From an uncultured Actinomycetes bacterium (GTDB lineage: Bacteria; Actinomycetota; Thermoleophilia; Solirubrobacterales; 70-9), in NCBI GenBank assembly GCA_963740145.1, contig CAVUDI010000002.1, positions 36,579 to 100,578 of the forward strand: DNA of 64,000 bases, read 5' to 3'. A model generated the notes under the pieces. The model searched no databases and was not told the DNA's origin. It saw nothing but the letters and a program-made list of their open reading frames with translations. Positions 28,167 to 38,417 of the stretch are shown here, one piece after another (the stretch's first letter is position 1; every line of letters begins with the position of its first letter). Made by a program: the position numbers and the translations under genes.

Positions 28167-28445
28167 ATGTCCGACGAGGGTGCGCGCCAGTTCACGGATC
28201 CATCCGCCCCCCGCCATCACGAGCACCACGTCCGTACGCCCACCGACGAGCTGAGCCATGAGCGAAAGCTGGCCCGGCAGCGGCTGCACATCACGGTTTT
28301 GTCCACCGTGCTGGTTTTGGTGCTGCTGATGCTGGCCTATGCCGCGACATTCGATCTGAATTCGTCGGCGGAGTGGGTCGTGTTAGGGGCAATCTGCTTC
28401 ACGGCGCTGGGCGCCGTGATCGCCGTCAATACGCGCGGCGACTAG
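28167..28445 (+). CDS. small two-helix membrane protein
   Basis: 92-aa track ORF: a His-rich N-terminus, then HITVLSTVLVLVLLMLAYAA and WVVLGAICFTALGAVIAV. Local GC is lower. Confidence 0.5.
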   Translation: MSDEGARQFTDPSAPRHHEHHVRTPTDELSHERKLARQRLHITVLSTVLVLVLLMLAYAATFDLNSSAEWVVLGAICFTALGAVIAVNTRGD

Positions 28446-28475
28446 CGGCCCGGCCTGGCTTCAGGAGTCAGGGGC

Positions 28476-28777
28476 CTACGCCGCGGGCGGGAGTTCGCTG
28501 ATCCGGTCCCGCGCCAGCGGCCACCCGCAGCGAAAGCATCTCGCCTCGCCGTCCTCGTCTACCAGCCCGAGAGGGTTGGAGCACCTGCATCGCTTGTCGA
28601 CACGCGATGCCTCCGCGAGCCGACGTCGAACCTCGAGCCGTCCCGCCTCGGTGTCCTCGTCGTCAGGTTGGCGCGCGTAAGAGGCGCGGCGGCGGCATCG
28701 GCTCACCGCAAGTAGATCGCGTTGCGTCGCCTGCCGACGATCGGCGCGCCACAGACGTGGCAATACCGCTTAGCCAC
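28476..28777 (-). CDS. zinc-ribbon protein (frame broken once as assembled)
   Basis: A GTG-start frame gives VAKRYCHVCGAPIVGRRRNAIY. The sequence then continues in the track frame: ..SRCRRRASYARQ...KRCRCSNPLGLVDEDGEARCFRCGWPL. This is the Cys-pair pattern of small element-borne Zn-ribbon proteins. Confidence 0.5.
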
Positions 28778-28908
28778 AGGGCGAGGGTAGGAATTGCCCT
28801 GGACGAAATCACGTCTGACGCGGACAAAGTGCAGGTAGGATGCCCCGCCTGTGAGCGCCGAGCTCTACAAAGGAGACTGACCGTGGGCGAGGCGCGAACC
28901 AAGTCGTC

Positions 28909-29359
28909 ATGACCGGAGAGCGGGCCGAGAGGTTCGTAGTCCTCAACCTCCGCCTGCTGGCGGCGAGCTTCGCGATCGTCGGGGCCCTGTTCATCGTCAC
29001 GCCCGACGGCGTCCTGGAGGTGATCACCGACCTCGGCGACTGGCTGCCGTTCGGGCAGTTCACCCCGGCGCCGGAGACGCACCGAGCAGTTCTGGCTGGC
29101 GCTCGGCTTCGCGTACATGGTCGTGATCACCGGCATCTGCCTCGTGGTCCAGGCCGACGTGGTTCGCTACCGCCCGCTGCTCTTGGTGCTGGCGGCAGGC
29201 AAGACGGCCTCCTCTCTCGCCGCGCTCGGCTTCTACCTCTTTGACCAGGACGTCTTCATCTACCTGCTCAACTTCCTCGTCGACGGCTTTCTGGCCGCTG
29301 TGGCGTTGCTCCTCTGGTCGGTGGCCGGCCGGATCGGAGAGCCCGCCGCTCCCTCCTGA
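28909..29359 (+). CDS. four-helix membrane protein (frame broken at about 29075)
   Basis: 28909 frame: MTGERAERFVVLNLRLLAASFAIVGALFIVTPDG..DWLPFGQFTPAPE. 29117 frame: ..QFWLALGFAYMVVITGICLVVQADVVRYRPLLLVLAAGKTASSLAALGFYLFDQDVFIYLLNFLVDGFLAAVALLLWSV. Confidence 0.55.
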
Positions 29360-29458
29360 AGGCGCCTGCCGGGGCCGGGGGCCGCCGAGCCGCAAGTTCA
29401 GCGCTCCGCGGGACTCGGGCGCAGCGAGCTGCGAACCCTGAGGGCGTTCGCGGAGGCG

Positions 29459-31416
29459 ATGGCGCCAGGCTTCGGGGCGCTTCCCCCGGCCGCCAGCCCG
29501 GGCGGGCTGCCGCACTCGCGGCCGCGTGGATGCGGTCGAGGTCGCGGAGCCCGTCAATCGCTACCTGGCGAGCCTGCCCAGGCGCAGCGTGCGGCAGGTC
29601 AAGCTCGCCCTCCGGGTCCTCGAATGGCTGCCCTTCCCGTGGCGGTTCAGCCGCGCCAGCCTCGACGCGCGTCAGGACTTCCTGCGCCATCTCGAGGATT
29701 CGAGCTTTCCACGCGCCGGCGACCTGCTGCTCTTCCTCAAGGTCCTCGCCGGCCTCGGCTACGGCAACGACCCGCGGGTGCAGAGGGCGATTGGCTACGA
29801 GATGCGCTGCGAGGTCGCCGGCGAGCGTACCCGGCTTCGATTCCGATTCGGGCCTTGGCGAGCTGAGCCCGCCCGCCGGCGGCGAGGAGTGCGACGTGGC
29901 AATCGTGGGCTCGGGTGCCGGTGGTGCGGTGACTGCAGCGATTCTCGCCGAGGCCGGGCTCGAGGTCGTTGTGCTGGAAGCCGGCCGGTACATGGATCGG
30001 CGCACCTATCCCGACGAGCCGCTCGCTGCGCTCGCCGCGCTCTACCGCGATGGCGGCCTGACGATCGCCGAGGGACGCCCGGCGATCCCAACGCCCGTCG
30101 GCCGGGCCGTCGGCGGGACGACCGTGATCAACTCGGGAACCTGCTTCCGTGCGCCGGAGCAGGTGCTCGCCGGCTGGGCCGCCGAGCACGGGATCGCGTG
30201 GGCCGCCGATCTGATCCCCGAGTACGAAGCGGCGGAGGAGATGCTCCACGTGCGCACCGTCGACCCGGAGCGGATGGGCCGAAACGGCCAGCTCTTGCGC
30301 GAGGGCGCCGAGGCCCTGGGAGTCCGCCACGAGCCCTTGCGGCGCAACGCCGGCGCCTGCTTTTATGCAGCTCCTGCCCGGCCGGGTGCCGCCTGGACGC
30401 CAAGCAGGCCATGCACGTGTCATACCTGCCGCGCGCGGTCGCCGCGGGGGCGCGGGTGCGGGCCCAGGTCGAGGCTCGGCGGGTGGTCTTCGAGCGTGGC
30501 CAGGCCACAGGGATCGACTGCGTGGCACATGCCAACGGGAGAGCGCGTCCGTTCAAGCTCCGCGCCCGGCGGGCGGTGGTGCTGGCGGGTGGCGCCTTCG
30601 GGACCCCGGAGCTCTTGCTGCGGTCGGGCTTCCGCTCGCCGAGCGGCCAGCTGGGTCGCAACCTGCGCATCCATCCCGCCTGCTGGGTCGGCGCCCGCTT
30701 CGCCGAGGAGGTGCGGGGCTGGGAGGGGGTGATGCAGAGCTACGCGGTGAACGAGTGGGAGGATCGCGGCGTCCTGCTCGAGGCGACCTTCACGCCGCTT
30801 GCCTTCGGTGCCCAATGGCTGCCGGGCACGGGGGTGGAGCACTCGGAGCGGGTGCTCGCCTACGACCGGATCGCCTCAACCGGCGTCCATCTCTCGGATC
30901 GCTCGGCCGGGCGGGTGGGACTGGCGCGCGACGGCTCGTTGCGCATCACCTACCGCCTTACGGAGGACGACGCCTCTCGGCTCGACTTTCGGGATCGCCC
31001 GCGCGGCCGAGCTCTTGTACGCTGCCGGCGCCCGGGAGGTCTATCCGCAGATCGCCGGCATTCCGACCATCCCGAAGGACCGAATCGGCGACCTCGAGGC
31101 CTCGCCGCCGGCTGCCGGCGCGCTGCGCCTGGAGGCGTTTCACCCCATGGGTACGGCGCGAATGGACGCCGACCACCGGGTGGGCGTCGTCGCCACCGAC
31201 GGTGCCGTCCACGGAGCCGATGCCCTGTACGTGGCCGATGGCAGCCTGCTGCCGAGCTCGATCGGCGTCAACCCGATGATGACCATCATCGCGATGGCTC
31301 GCGGTCAGCCGCCAGCTCGCCGATCGCCTCGCCAGCTCGCCGACCGGCTCGCCTCCGACGGCGGATCGGGCCGAACGGGGCGAGGCCAATACGCGCGGCA
31401 CCGTGCCATGTCATAG
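29459..31416 (+). pseudogene. GMC-family FAD oxidoreductase, at least 4 frame breaks plus a 20-bp tandem duplication
   Basis: Segments lie in three frames:
- ..LPFPWRFSRASLDARQDFLRHLE..
- CDVAIVGSGAGGAVTAAILAEAGLEVVVLEAGRY...GGTTVINSGTCFRAP
- ..CPAGCRLDAKQAMHVSYLPRAVAAGARV...VLAGGAFGTPELLLRSG
- ..FHPMGTARMD...ADGSLLPSSIGVNPMMTIIAMA
Breaks are at about 29500, 29830, 30360 and 30975. The duplication is at 31311-31350. Confidence 0.8.
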
Positions 31417-31417
31417 C

Positions 31418-31441
31418 GACGGCCGCCCGAAGGCGGCCGTC
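31418..31441. terminator. perfect 10-bp GC hairpin between convergent genes
   Basis: GACGGCCGCC-cgaa-GGCGGCCGTC, immediately after the GMC stop. A second hairpin, CGGGACG-cgcg-CGTCCCG, lies at 31460-31477. There is no U-tract (I-shaped type). Confidence 0.5.
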
Positions 31442-31487
31442 GCGGTCAACCTCTCCTCCCGGGACGCGCGCGTCCCGAAGCTGCAGC

Positions 31488-32051
31488 CTACTGAGCCCCG
31501 CTCGGCGGAGGGGACGAAGGCGGAGGGGACGAAGTGGGAGGTGGCGGTGCGGCGCCCGCACCCTCGTCCGGCCCGCGGAAGCGATCCGGCTCCTCACCGA
31601 ATGACGTTCCCTCTTCCTGCATCGCGCGCCAGCCGCCGTAGGCGACGCCAATGGCGGCGATCAGCCCGAGCCAGACGCCGATCTTCCGAGTCTGATCGAC
31701 GCCGGTGCCCGAGAGGTCCAGACCGAAATCCGGCGGGCTGATGATGCTGATGACGATCAGAACAACCGAGAGGACCCCCAGGCCGGTGACCACCGCGCTG
31801 GCGGCGACGGGGAGGCCCACTTCGGTTTCCGAGGCGCTGATCAGCGCCAGCCCGATCGCGGCCGCAACCGTCACGAACAGGACGATGTCGATGAAGCCGT
31901 ATGAGCCCCAAGCATTGCGTGAGCCTTCAGCGGTGAAGCCGCCAATGCCGGCCTTCAGGCCGAACCACTTGAAGATGAACATGATCAGGATCAGCGCAAT
32001 GCCCGATACGCCGGCGATCTTCTCGCCCTGGGTCAGTCTCGTGAAGTCCAT
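31488..32051 (-). CDS. multi-pass membrane protein with a Pro/Ser-rich C-terminal tail
   Basis: Start taken at MDFTRLTQGEKIAGVSGIALILIMFIF (AGAGGAGA SD 4 nt upstream); the track ORF extends to 32084. Four hydrophobic helices; tail reads PPPPTSSPPPSSPPPSG. Confidence 0.7.
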   Translation of the reverse strand: MDFTRLTQGEKIAGVSGIALILIMFIFKWFGLKAGIGGFTAEGSRNAWGSYGFIDIVLFVTVAAAIGLALISASETEVGLPVAASAVVTGLGVLSVVLIVISIISPPDFGLDLSGTGVDQTRKIGVWLGLIAAIGVAYGGWRAMQEEGTSFGEEPDRFRGPDEGAGAAPPPPTSSPPPSSPPPSGAQ

Positions 32052-32084
32052 GGAGTCTCCTCTGGTGGGTGAACTCTGCTTCAT

Positions 32085-32952
32085 TCAACCCGAGGCGGTT
32101 TGATCCTCCCTGGCCTTGGCGGCCGAAACCGTGTTCCGGAGCAGCATCGCGATGGTCATGGGACCGACCCCGCCCGGTACGGGCGTGATCGCACCGGCCA
32201 CCTCGCGGGCCGCCTCGAAGTCGACGTCGCCGACCAGGCCGTCCCCGGTGCGGTTTACGCCGACGTCGATCACGGTGGCGCCCGGGCTTCACCCAGTCCG
32301 CCTTCACCAGACGGGGCGAGCCGACCGCGGCGACCAGGATGTCGGCGCGTCGGCAGACGCCAGCCAGGTCCCGGGTCCGCGAGTGGCAGACGGTGACCGT
32401 AGCGTTCGCGTTCAGGAGCAGGCTGGCGAGCGGCCTGCCGACCAGGATCGAGCGTCCGACGACCACCGCATCGGCCCCCTCCGGCTCGATCCCCGCATGC
32501 CGGAGGAGCTCCATAACGCCCTGCGCCGTGCACGGCACGAGGCCAGGACGGCCTTGGGCGAGCAGTCCGGCGCTCGCGGCGGTGAGCCCATCGACGTCCT
32601 TCGCCGGGTCGATCGCGGCAAGCACCGCGTCCTGGTCGATCTGGCCGGGGAGTGGTACCTGGACCAGGATCCCGTCCACCTCGTGTTCGGCGTTCAGCTC
32701 GTCGATCAGAGCGAGCAGGCTGTCCTGGGAGACCGAGGCCTCCAGCCCGTGGTGGACCGAGCGCATCCCAGCCTCCTCGGTCTGCTTGCGCTTGTTGGTG
32801 ACGTAGACGTGCGAGGCGGGGTCATCGCCCACGAGCACGGTGGCGAGGCCAGGGACGCGGCCGCTCGCTGCCGCGAACTCCCTCACCGCTGCCGCTACTC
32901 GAGCGCGGACCTCCGCCGCGACGGCCTTGCCGTCTATCACCGTCCCGGTCAC
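32085..32952 (-). CDS. folD: bifunctional methylene-THF dehydrogenase/methenyl-THF cyclohydrolase; +1 break in CCCGGG at 32281-32286
   Basis: [19 protein letters not shown]...[23 protein letters not shown]...[17 protein letters not shown]...VKPG, then the other frame: ..[19 protein letters not shown]...[12 protein letters not shown]. Confidence 0.9.
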
Positions 32953-32981
32953 GCCTGGCTCCAGATCCGCGACCTCAGACC

Positions 32982-35266
32982 TCAGACCTTTTTCAGCGGC
33001 GCGTAATCCGCCATCAGCTTGCGCTCGGTCGCGTCGCCCGCGAAGCGAACCACGATCACCGGTCCCGGCTCCACCGCGGTGACCACGCCCTCGCCGAAGG
33101 TGGCGTGGACGATGTCGTCGCCGACGCTGAACTCAAGTGGGGTTGGCTGCGGTTGTGGGCGCCCACGTGCGCCAAGCCCGGCGCCCGCGCCGGCCCAGCC
33201 GGTCGGGCGATGCCGCGCCTTGGCGCTCGACCAGCTCCTCCGGGATCTCGCGCAGGAACCGGGAGGGCAGGTTGTACCCCCGGCCGCCGTGCAGACTTCG
33301 CCGGCGGGCAAAGGTCATGCACAGCCGCTGCTTCGCCCGCGTCACTCCCACGTAGCAGAGGCGGCGCTCCTCCTCGAGGTTGCCCTCTTCGAGCGAGCGC
33401 ATGTGCGGAAAGACCCCCTCCTCGCAGCCGATCATGAACACCGCCTCGTACTCGAGGCCCTTGGCGTTGTGAAGCGTCATCAGCGTGCAGAGGCTCTCCT
33501 CGGCCTTCAGCGCGTCCTGGTCCGTGTAGAGGGAGATCTGGGCCAGGAACTCCTCCAACGGCCCCACCTCGCTCTCCCCCTCCAGCTCGCGGTTGGCGTC
33601 GAACTCTCCGGCGACGCCGATCAGCTCCTGGAGGTTCTCGACCCGCCCCTCCGCCTCGATCGTCCGTTCCGCCTGGAGCGCGTCGAGGTAGCCGCTGTCC
33701 GTGAGCACCGCCTCGAGCAGCTCCGCCACCGATCCGGCCCCACGGGGGGTGGCGCCGAGGGGCGCCGGGCCCCCCATGGCACGCTCGCGGAGTCCGCGCA
33801 TCACCTCGGCGAAGCGGCGCACCGCCTTCAACGCCGCCGCACCCAGGCCGGGTGCCTGCTCCGGCTGGGAAAAAACGTCCCAGATGTCCTGGCCGGTGGT
33901 GTTGGCGTGCGACAGCAGCCGCCCCTGGGTCGTCTGGCCGATCCCGCGGCGTGGGGAGTTGACGATCCGCGCGAACGAGACCGCATCGGCCGGGTTTGCG
34001 ATCAGGCTCAGGTAGGCGATCGCGTCCTTGATCTCCGCCCGCTCGTAGAACTTCGTGCCCCCGATCACCTGATAGGGGATCTCGAAACGCACCAGCGTGT
34101 CCTCGAGCACGCGGCTCTGGGCGTTGACGCGGTAAAAGACCGCGATCTCGTCGCGCGGCACGCCCTCGTCCGCCGCCAGCCGCTCCACCTCCGAGGCCAC
34201 GTAGCGCGCCTCGGCGTGCTCGTCGTCGAGCTCCACGATCGTCACGGGCTCGCCGCGCCCCGCATCGGTCCACAGGTGCTTGGGCTTCTGGCCGCGGTTG
34301 TTGGCGATGACCCCGTTGGCGGCGTCGAGGATCGTCTGGGTGGAGCGGTAGTTCTGCTCCAGCTTGACCACGGTTGTGTCCGGGAAGTCGCGCTCGAACT
34401 CGAGGATGTTGCGAATGTCGGCGTGCCTGAAGCCGTAGATCGACTGAAAATCGTCGCCTACCACGAACAGGTTTCCGTGCTCTTCGCCCAGCAGCTGAAG
34501 GAGCCGGTACTGAACCCGGTTCGTGTCCTGATACTCGTCGACGAGCACCCAGCGAAAGGCACGGCGGTAACGCTCGCGGACGTCCTCGAACAGCTCCAGC
34601 AGGTTGACGGTCCTCACCAAGAGGTCGTCGAAGTCCATCGCGTTCGCCTCCAGCATCCGCCGCTCGTACAGCCGGTAGACGTCGGCGGCGGTGCGCTCGA
34701 AGTAGGAGCCCTCCCCGCGCGCACCGGCGCGAAGCGAAGATGCCGCCGTATTCGTCGGCGTCGATCAGCTGGCTCTTGGCCGCCGAGATCTGGGCGCGGA
34801 CGGCGCGGGGCGGAAAGCGCTTGGGATCGATGTCCAGCTCCCCCAGGCACCGCTTCACCATCCGCAGCGAGTCGGCCTCGTCGTAGATCGTGAAGGCGCG
34901 CTTGTAGCCGAGGCGCTGGGCGTCGGCGCGGAGGATCCGCGCGCAGGCCGAGTGGAAGGTCATCACCCACATCAGCCGCGAGACGCGGCCGACCAACTGC
35001 TCGACGCGCTCGCGCATCTCGCCGGCGGCCTTGTTGGTGAAGGTGATCGCGAGGATCTCCGAGGGCTGCGCCTGCCCGGTGGCCAGCAGGAAGGCGATCC
35101 GGTAGGTGAGCACCCGCGTCTTCCCGGAGCCGGCGCCGGCCAGCACCAGGAGGGGCCCTTCGCCGTGGGTGACCGCTTCGCGCTGGGGCGGGTTCAGCTC
35201 GGCGAGGAGCCGCTCGGCCTGGCTCGCGCCCGGCTCGATCGGCCTCAGCTCGGTCTCGGTGGCCAC
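32982..35266 (-). CDS. pcrA: ATP-dependent DNA helicase PcrA/UvrD family; two frame breaks (about 34720 and 33200)
   Basis: GTG start: VATETELRPIE..LNPPQREAVTHGEGPLLVLAGAGSGKTRVLTYRIAFLL. Then VDEYQDTNRVQY, GDDFQSIYGFRHA, VGVTRAKQRL, and a C-terminal FSVGDDIVHATFGEGVV tail. Confidence 0.9.
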
Positions 35267-35316
35267 GAAGCGAGCATAGCTACGGGCGCGGCGCGCTCTG
35301 AGCGGGTCAGGTGCTC

Positions 35317-36051
35317 CTAGCCGCCCGCTGTGGAGGGCCCATGCTTGGGGTTCAGCTCGCGCACCTCGCCTTCGGCCGGCTTTCCGTCGAGCTCGCCCAT
35401 CCGTCGCTCCAGCTCGCCGATCCGCTCCGCGAGGCCCTTGATCGCGTCGGCGACCGGGTCCGGCAGGTGGATCCAGTCGGCGTCGGGTCCCTCGACCTTG
35501 CGACCCTCGACCCGGACCGGGTGGCCGGGATTGCCGACCACGGTGGAGTTGGGCGGCACATCCTGGATCACAACCGTGTTGGCGCCGACCTTCGCGCAAT
35601 GACCAACCGTGATCGGGCCCAGCAGCTTGGCGCCGGAGCCGATCGAGACGTCGTCCTCCACGGTCGGGTGGCGTTTGCCGCGCGCGAACCCGGTGCCGCC
35701 CAGGGTCACGCCCTGATACAGCGTCACCCGATCGCCGATCTCAGCCGTCTCGCCGATCACGACGCCCGACCCGTGGTCGATGAACAGATCGGCGCCGATT
35801 CTCGCGGCCGGATGGATCTCGACGCCGGTCACCGCACGGCTCGTGTAGGAAAGAGCCAGCGGCACCAGCGGCACCCCGGAGTCGTGCAGCGCGTGGGCGA
35901 CGCGGTGGACGAGGATCGCCTGCACCCCGGCCCAGTTCATCAGGATCTCGGCGGTGCCGACGCTGCGGGCGGCGGGGTCGCGGTCGCGCGCCAAGGCGAC
36001 GTCGGCCCTGATCTCCTTCACCACACGCTGGAGCGTGCCGAGCCCGAACAC
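35317..36051 (-). CDS. cysE: serine O-acetyltransferase
   Basis: GVEIHPAARIGADLFIDHGSGVVIGETAEIGDRVTLYQGVTLGGTG (hexapeptide repeats); 244 aa. Confidence 0.92.
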   Translation of the reverse strand: MFGLGTLQRVVKEIRADVALARDRDPAARSVGTAEILMNWAGVQAILVHRVAHALHDSGVPLVPLALSYTSRAVTGVEIHPAARIGADLFIDHGSGVVIGETAEIGDRVTLYQGVTLGGTGFARGKRHPTVEDDVSIGSGAKLLGPITVGHCAKVGANTVVIQDVPPNSTVVGNPGHPVRVEGRKVEGPDADWIHLPDPVADAIKGLAERIGELERRMGELDGKPAEGEVRELNPKHGPSTAGG

Positions 36052-36067
36052 AGCTAAAGCGTACGGC

Positions 36068-36170
36068 CTAGGGACGAAGTCCCGGTAAGTACGTGTGGAC
36101 CTGCCGGGTCAGGTTGGCGCCCTAACCCGGCGGAAACGTAGGCGAAGCCGAGGCTTCCGCCGGAGTTATT
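36068..36170 (+). repeat. structured intergenic repeat, copy 1 (between cysK stop and cysE start)
   Basis: ctaGGGACgaaGTCCCggtaagtacgtgtggacctgccgggtcaggttggcgccctaaCCGGCGGAAacgtaggcgaagccgaggcTTCCGCCGGagttatt. The terminal TTA is the cysK stop codon. Confidence 0.85.
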
Positions 36171-37138
36171 CCGGGGCGAAGAAGGGCAGTGACATGTAGC
36201 GCTCGCCGCCGTCCGGGACGATGACGACGATTCGCTTGCCCGACAACTCGGGACGGGCAGCGAGCTCGAGCGCCGCGTCGATCGCAGCCCCGGCGGAGAT
36301 CCCGACGAGGAGGCCCTCGTGCCGGGCCGCCTCCCTTGCCCGCCGGAGCGCGCTCTCGTCGTCGACTGGGATCACCTCGTCGATCACTGACCGGTCGAGC
36401 ACCTCGGGTACGAAGCCGGCACCGATCCCCTGGATCTTGTGCGGGCCCGGAAGCCCGCCCGAGAGCACCGCCGAGGTGGCGGGCTCCACGGCGACCACCT
36501 GAACCGAGGGGCGCCGCTCCTTGAGGACCTGCCCGACCCCCGTGATCGTGCCGCCGGTGCCGACACCGCAGACGATCGCGTCGACCTCGCCGTCCAGATC
36601 CCGCCAGATCTCCTCGGCGGTCGTGCGCCGATGGATCTCGGGGTTGGCGGGGTTTCGAAACTGCTGGGGCATGAACGCGCCGCGCTCGCTCGCGATGCGC
36701 TCCGCGAGCTCCACCGCCTCGTTCATCCCACCGAGCGACGGGGTCTCGTGAACCTCGGCGCCGTAGGTGCGGAGCATCGCGGTCCGCTCCCGGGTCATCC
36801 CCTCGGGCAGGGTCAGCACCAGCTCGTAGCCGCGGGCCGCACAGACCATCGCCAGCGCGATCCCGGTGTTGCCGCTGGTTGGCTCGACGATCACCGCACG
36901 TCCCGGCTCGATCAGCCCCTCGCGCTCGGCGGCGTCGATCATCGCCACCCCGATCCGGTCCTTGACCGACCCGCCCGGGTTCAGGTACTCGACCTTGGCG
37001 ACCACCTCGGCCCCCGAGTCCATCCGCCATTCGCCGCAGGACGACGACGGGCGTGTTGCCCACCGTGCTCGACGCCTCGCGCGCGATCGCGCCAGGCCCC
37101 TCTGCTGTGCGCGGCTCTCCACCCACGACTGCAGCCAA
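36166..37138 (-). CDS. cysK: cysteine synthase A (O-acetylserine sulfhydrylase); +1 break in the C5 run at 37011-37015
   Basis: The N-part ..[17 protein letters not shown] is in another frame. Then [43 protein letters not shown]. Confidence 0.9.
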
Positions 37139-37267
37139 AAGTACCCGGAAATGCGGTGGTCGGGCCGCGTCACGACCGATCGCGGTCGGACCACTGCACG
37201 CCCGCAGAGGTTTTCGGAGAGGATTCAGGGAGTGGCCAGCCCGATTCGTGATCTAAGCGCTCACGCG

Positions 37268-37951
37268 ATGAGTCTGTTCCGTCGCAATGAAACAGGGTGG
37301 CTACCCGTAGAGGGCCGAGACGACCTGGTCAGCGTCGCCGAGGACGATGCGGAGGAGATGGTGGACCTCCTCGCGAAGGAGACCTACAAGCACGTGGACA
37401 AGGGGGACATCGGGGCCGAGGCAGCCCGCGCGCTTACGATGGCCTTCATCTTGGTCACCGAGCGAGAACCGGCGACCCAGGAGACCCTGGTTGCAGCTCA
37501 GTCGGTAGCTCGGTTCGGCTACATGGCGCGGGTGGCTGAGTGGGAAACGCCGTCCACCGCGCAAAGGCCCAGCGGATGGATGCTCACCGGCCTTCGGGGA
37601 GCGGTCGAGGCGAACGTGGCAGACGAGCTGGCGGAAGCCCAGGACGGGGAGCGGCGCTTCTACGACGTGCTCGGTGAGGTCACGGCCTTCTTCCTGAGCC
37701 GGGAGCCACTGGACGTTCCCTACGACGCCGACCAGGGATTCGCGCTGATGTGGACGATCCCCGGCATGGGCGGAGAGGTCCGGGCGCTGGTCCGGGACAA
37801 GACGCTGCGGATGGTGCTCCAGCGCGACGGCGAGGGCCTGAGAAGCCCCGCCGGCCCAATCGAGGGCGCCACCCTCGAGGACTTCCAACGAATCTGGAAG
37901 TACGGCTTCCTCCTTCGCAGCTTCGAGGAGTTCTTCTGGGAGGACGGCTAG
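37268..37951 (+). CDS. hypothetical protein (227 aa, acidic, no recognisable domain)
   Basis: ATG at 37268 in the 36866-37951 track frame: MSLFRRNETGWLPVEGRDDLVSVAEDDAEEMVDLL...FQRIWKYGFLLRSFEEFFWEDG. Codon third positions are G/C-rich. Confidence 0.6.
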   Translation: MSLFRRNETGWLPVEGRDDLVSVAEDDAEEMVDLLAKETYKHVDKGDIGAEAARALTMAFILVTEREPATQETLVAAQSVARFGYMARVAEWETPSTAQRPSGWMLTGLRGAVEANVADELAEAQDGERRFYDVLGEVTAFFLSREPLDVPYDADQGFALMWTIPGMGGEVRALVRDKTLRMVLQRDGEGLRSPAGPIEGATLEDFQRIWKYGFLLRSFEEFFWEDG

Positions 37952-38018
37952 GCCTCGGCGCTTGTCGGCGCCCTCCTTCCCCTGCCGCTTACGGGCGATG
38001 ATCGCCCTGACGATCTCC

Positions 38019-38219
38019 TCAGCGCTCTCCTACGGCGGGATCTTCGGAAGCGCTCGGCTGGCGGGCGTTTCCCGTCTCGGCGATGTGCTGGCGCGCCAGG
38101 CGGCGGAGCACCTGCGAGCGGTTGAGGTCCTCGCGCCTGGCGATCTCATCGAAGGCGCGAGCGAGCGAAGCCGGAGCGTAGAAGCCCATATAGATCTTCT
38201 TCTCAGCGGCGGCGGCCAT
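38019..38219 (-). CDS. ribbon-helix-helix (CopG/antitoxin-like) DNA-binding protein
   Basis: Start taken at MAAAAEKKIYMGFYAPASLARAFDEIARREDLNRSQVLRRLARQHI, which has the RHH beta-strand plus two helices pattern. 66 aa. Confidence 0.65.
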   Translation of the reverse strand: MAAAAEKKIYMGFYAPASLARAFDEIARREDLNRSQVLRRLARQHIAETGNARQPSASEDPAVGER

Positions 38220-38417
38220 ACCCGCCAATGATTTTGGCGCACCCCTTAGATGCTTTGGCACCCTGCGGCGAGAAAAAGCGAGCATTTTGCGGGTTGAGGC
38301 CAGGGGGCGAGGCGATGATGCGCCCCCACCCGGGGTCAACCATCCATTTGGTGGTGCCCCCTCCGCCGTATCGGAAATACTCACGCCGGATGTAGCTACC
38401 GAGGGAAGGGAGAATCC

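Noticed and set aside
29357-29359. In-frame TGA between the membrane protein and the GMC oxidoreductase leader, read as selenocysteine or programmed readthrough
   Set aside because: No SECIS-like hairpin follows the codon, and no selenoprotein context is known for this family. The locus carries several other lesions, so a normal stop or a nonsense mutation is far more likely.
32281-32286. Frame breaks in folD, cysK, menA, dnaE and others, read as programmed ribosomal frameshifting
   Set aside because: They occur in unrelated genes at plain G/C homopolymers, without slippery heptamers or downstream pseudoknots. The repaired proteins are collinear with normal single-frame orthologs. The pattern fits base-calling error.
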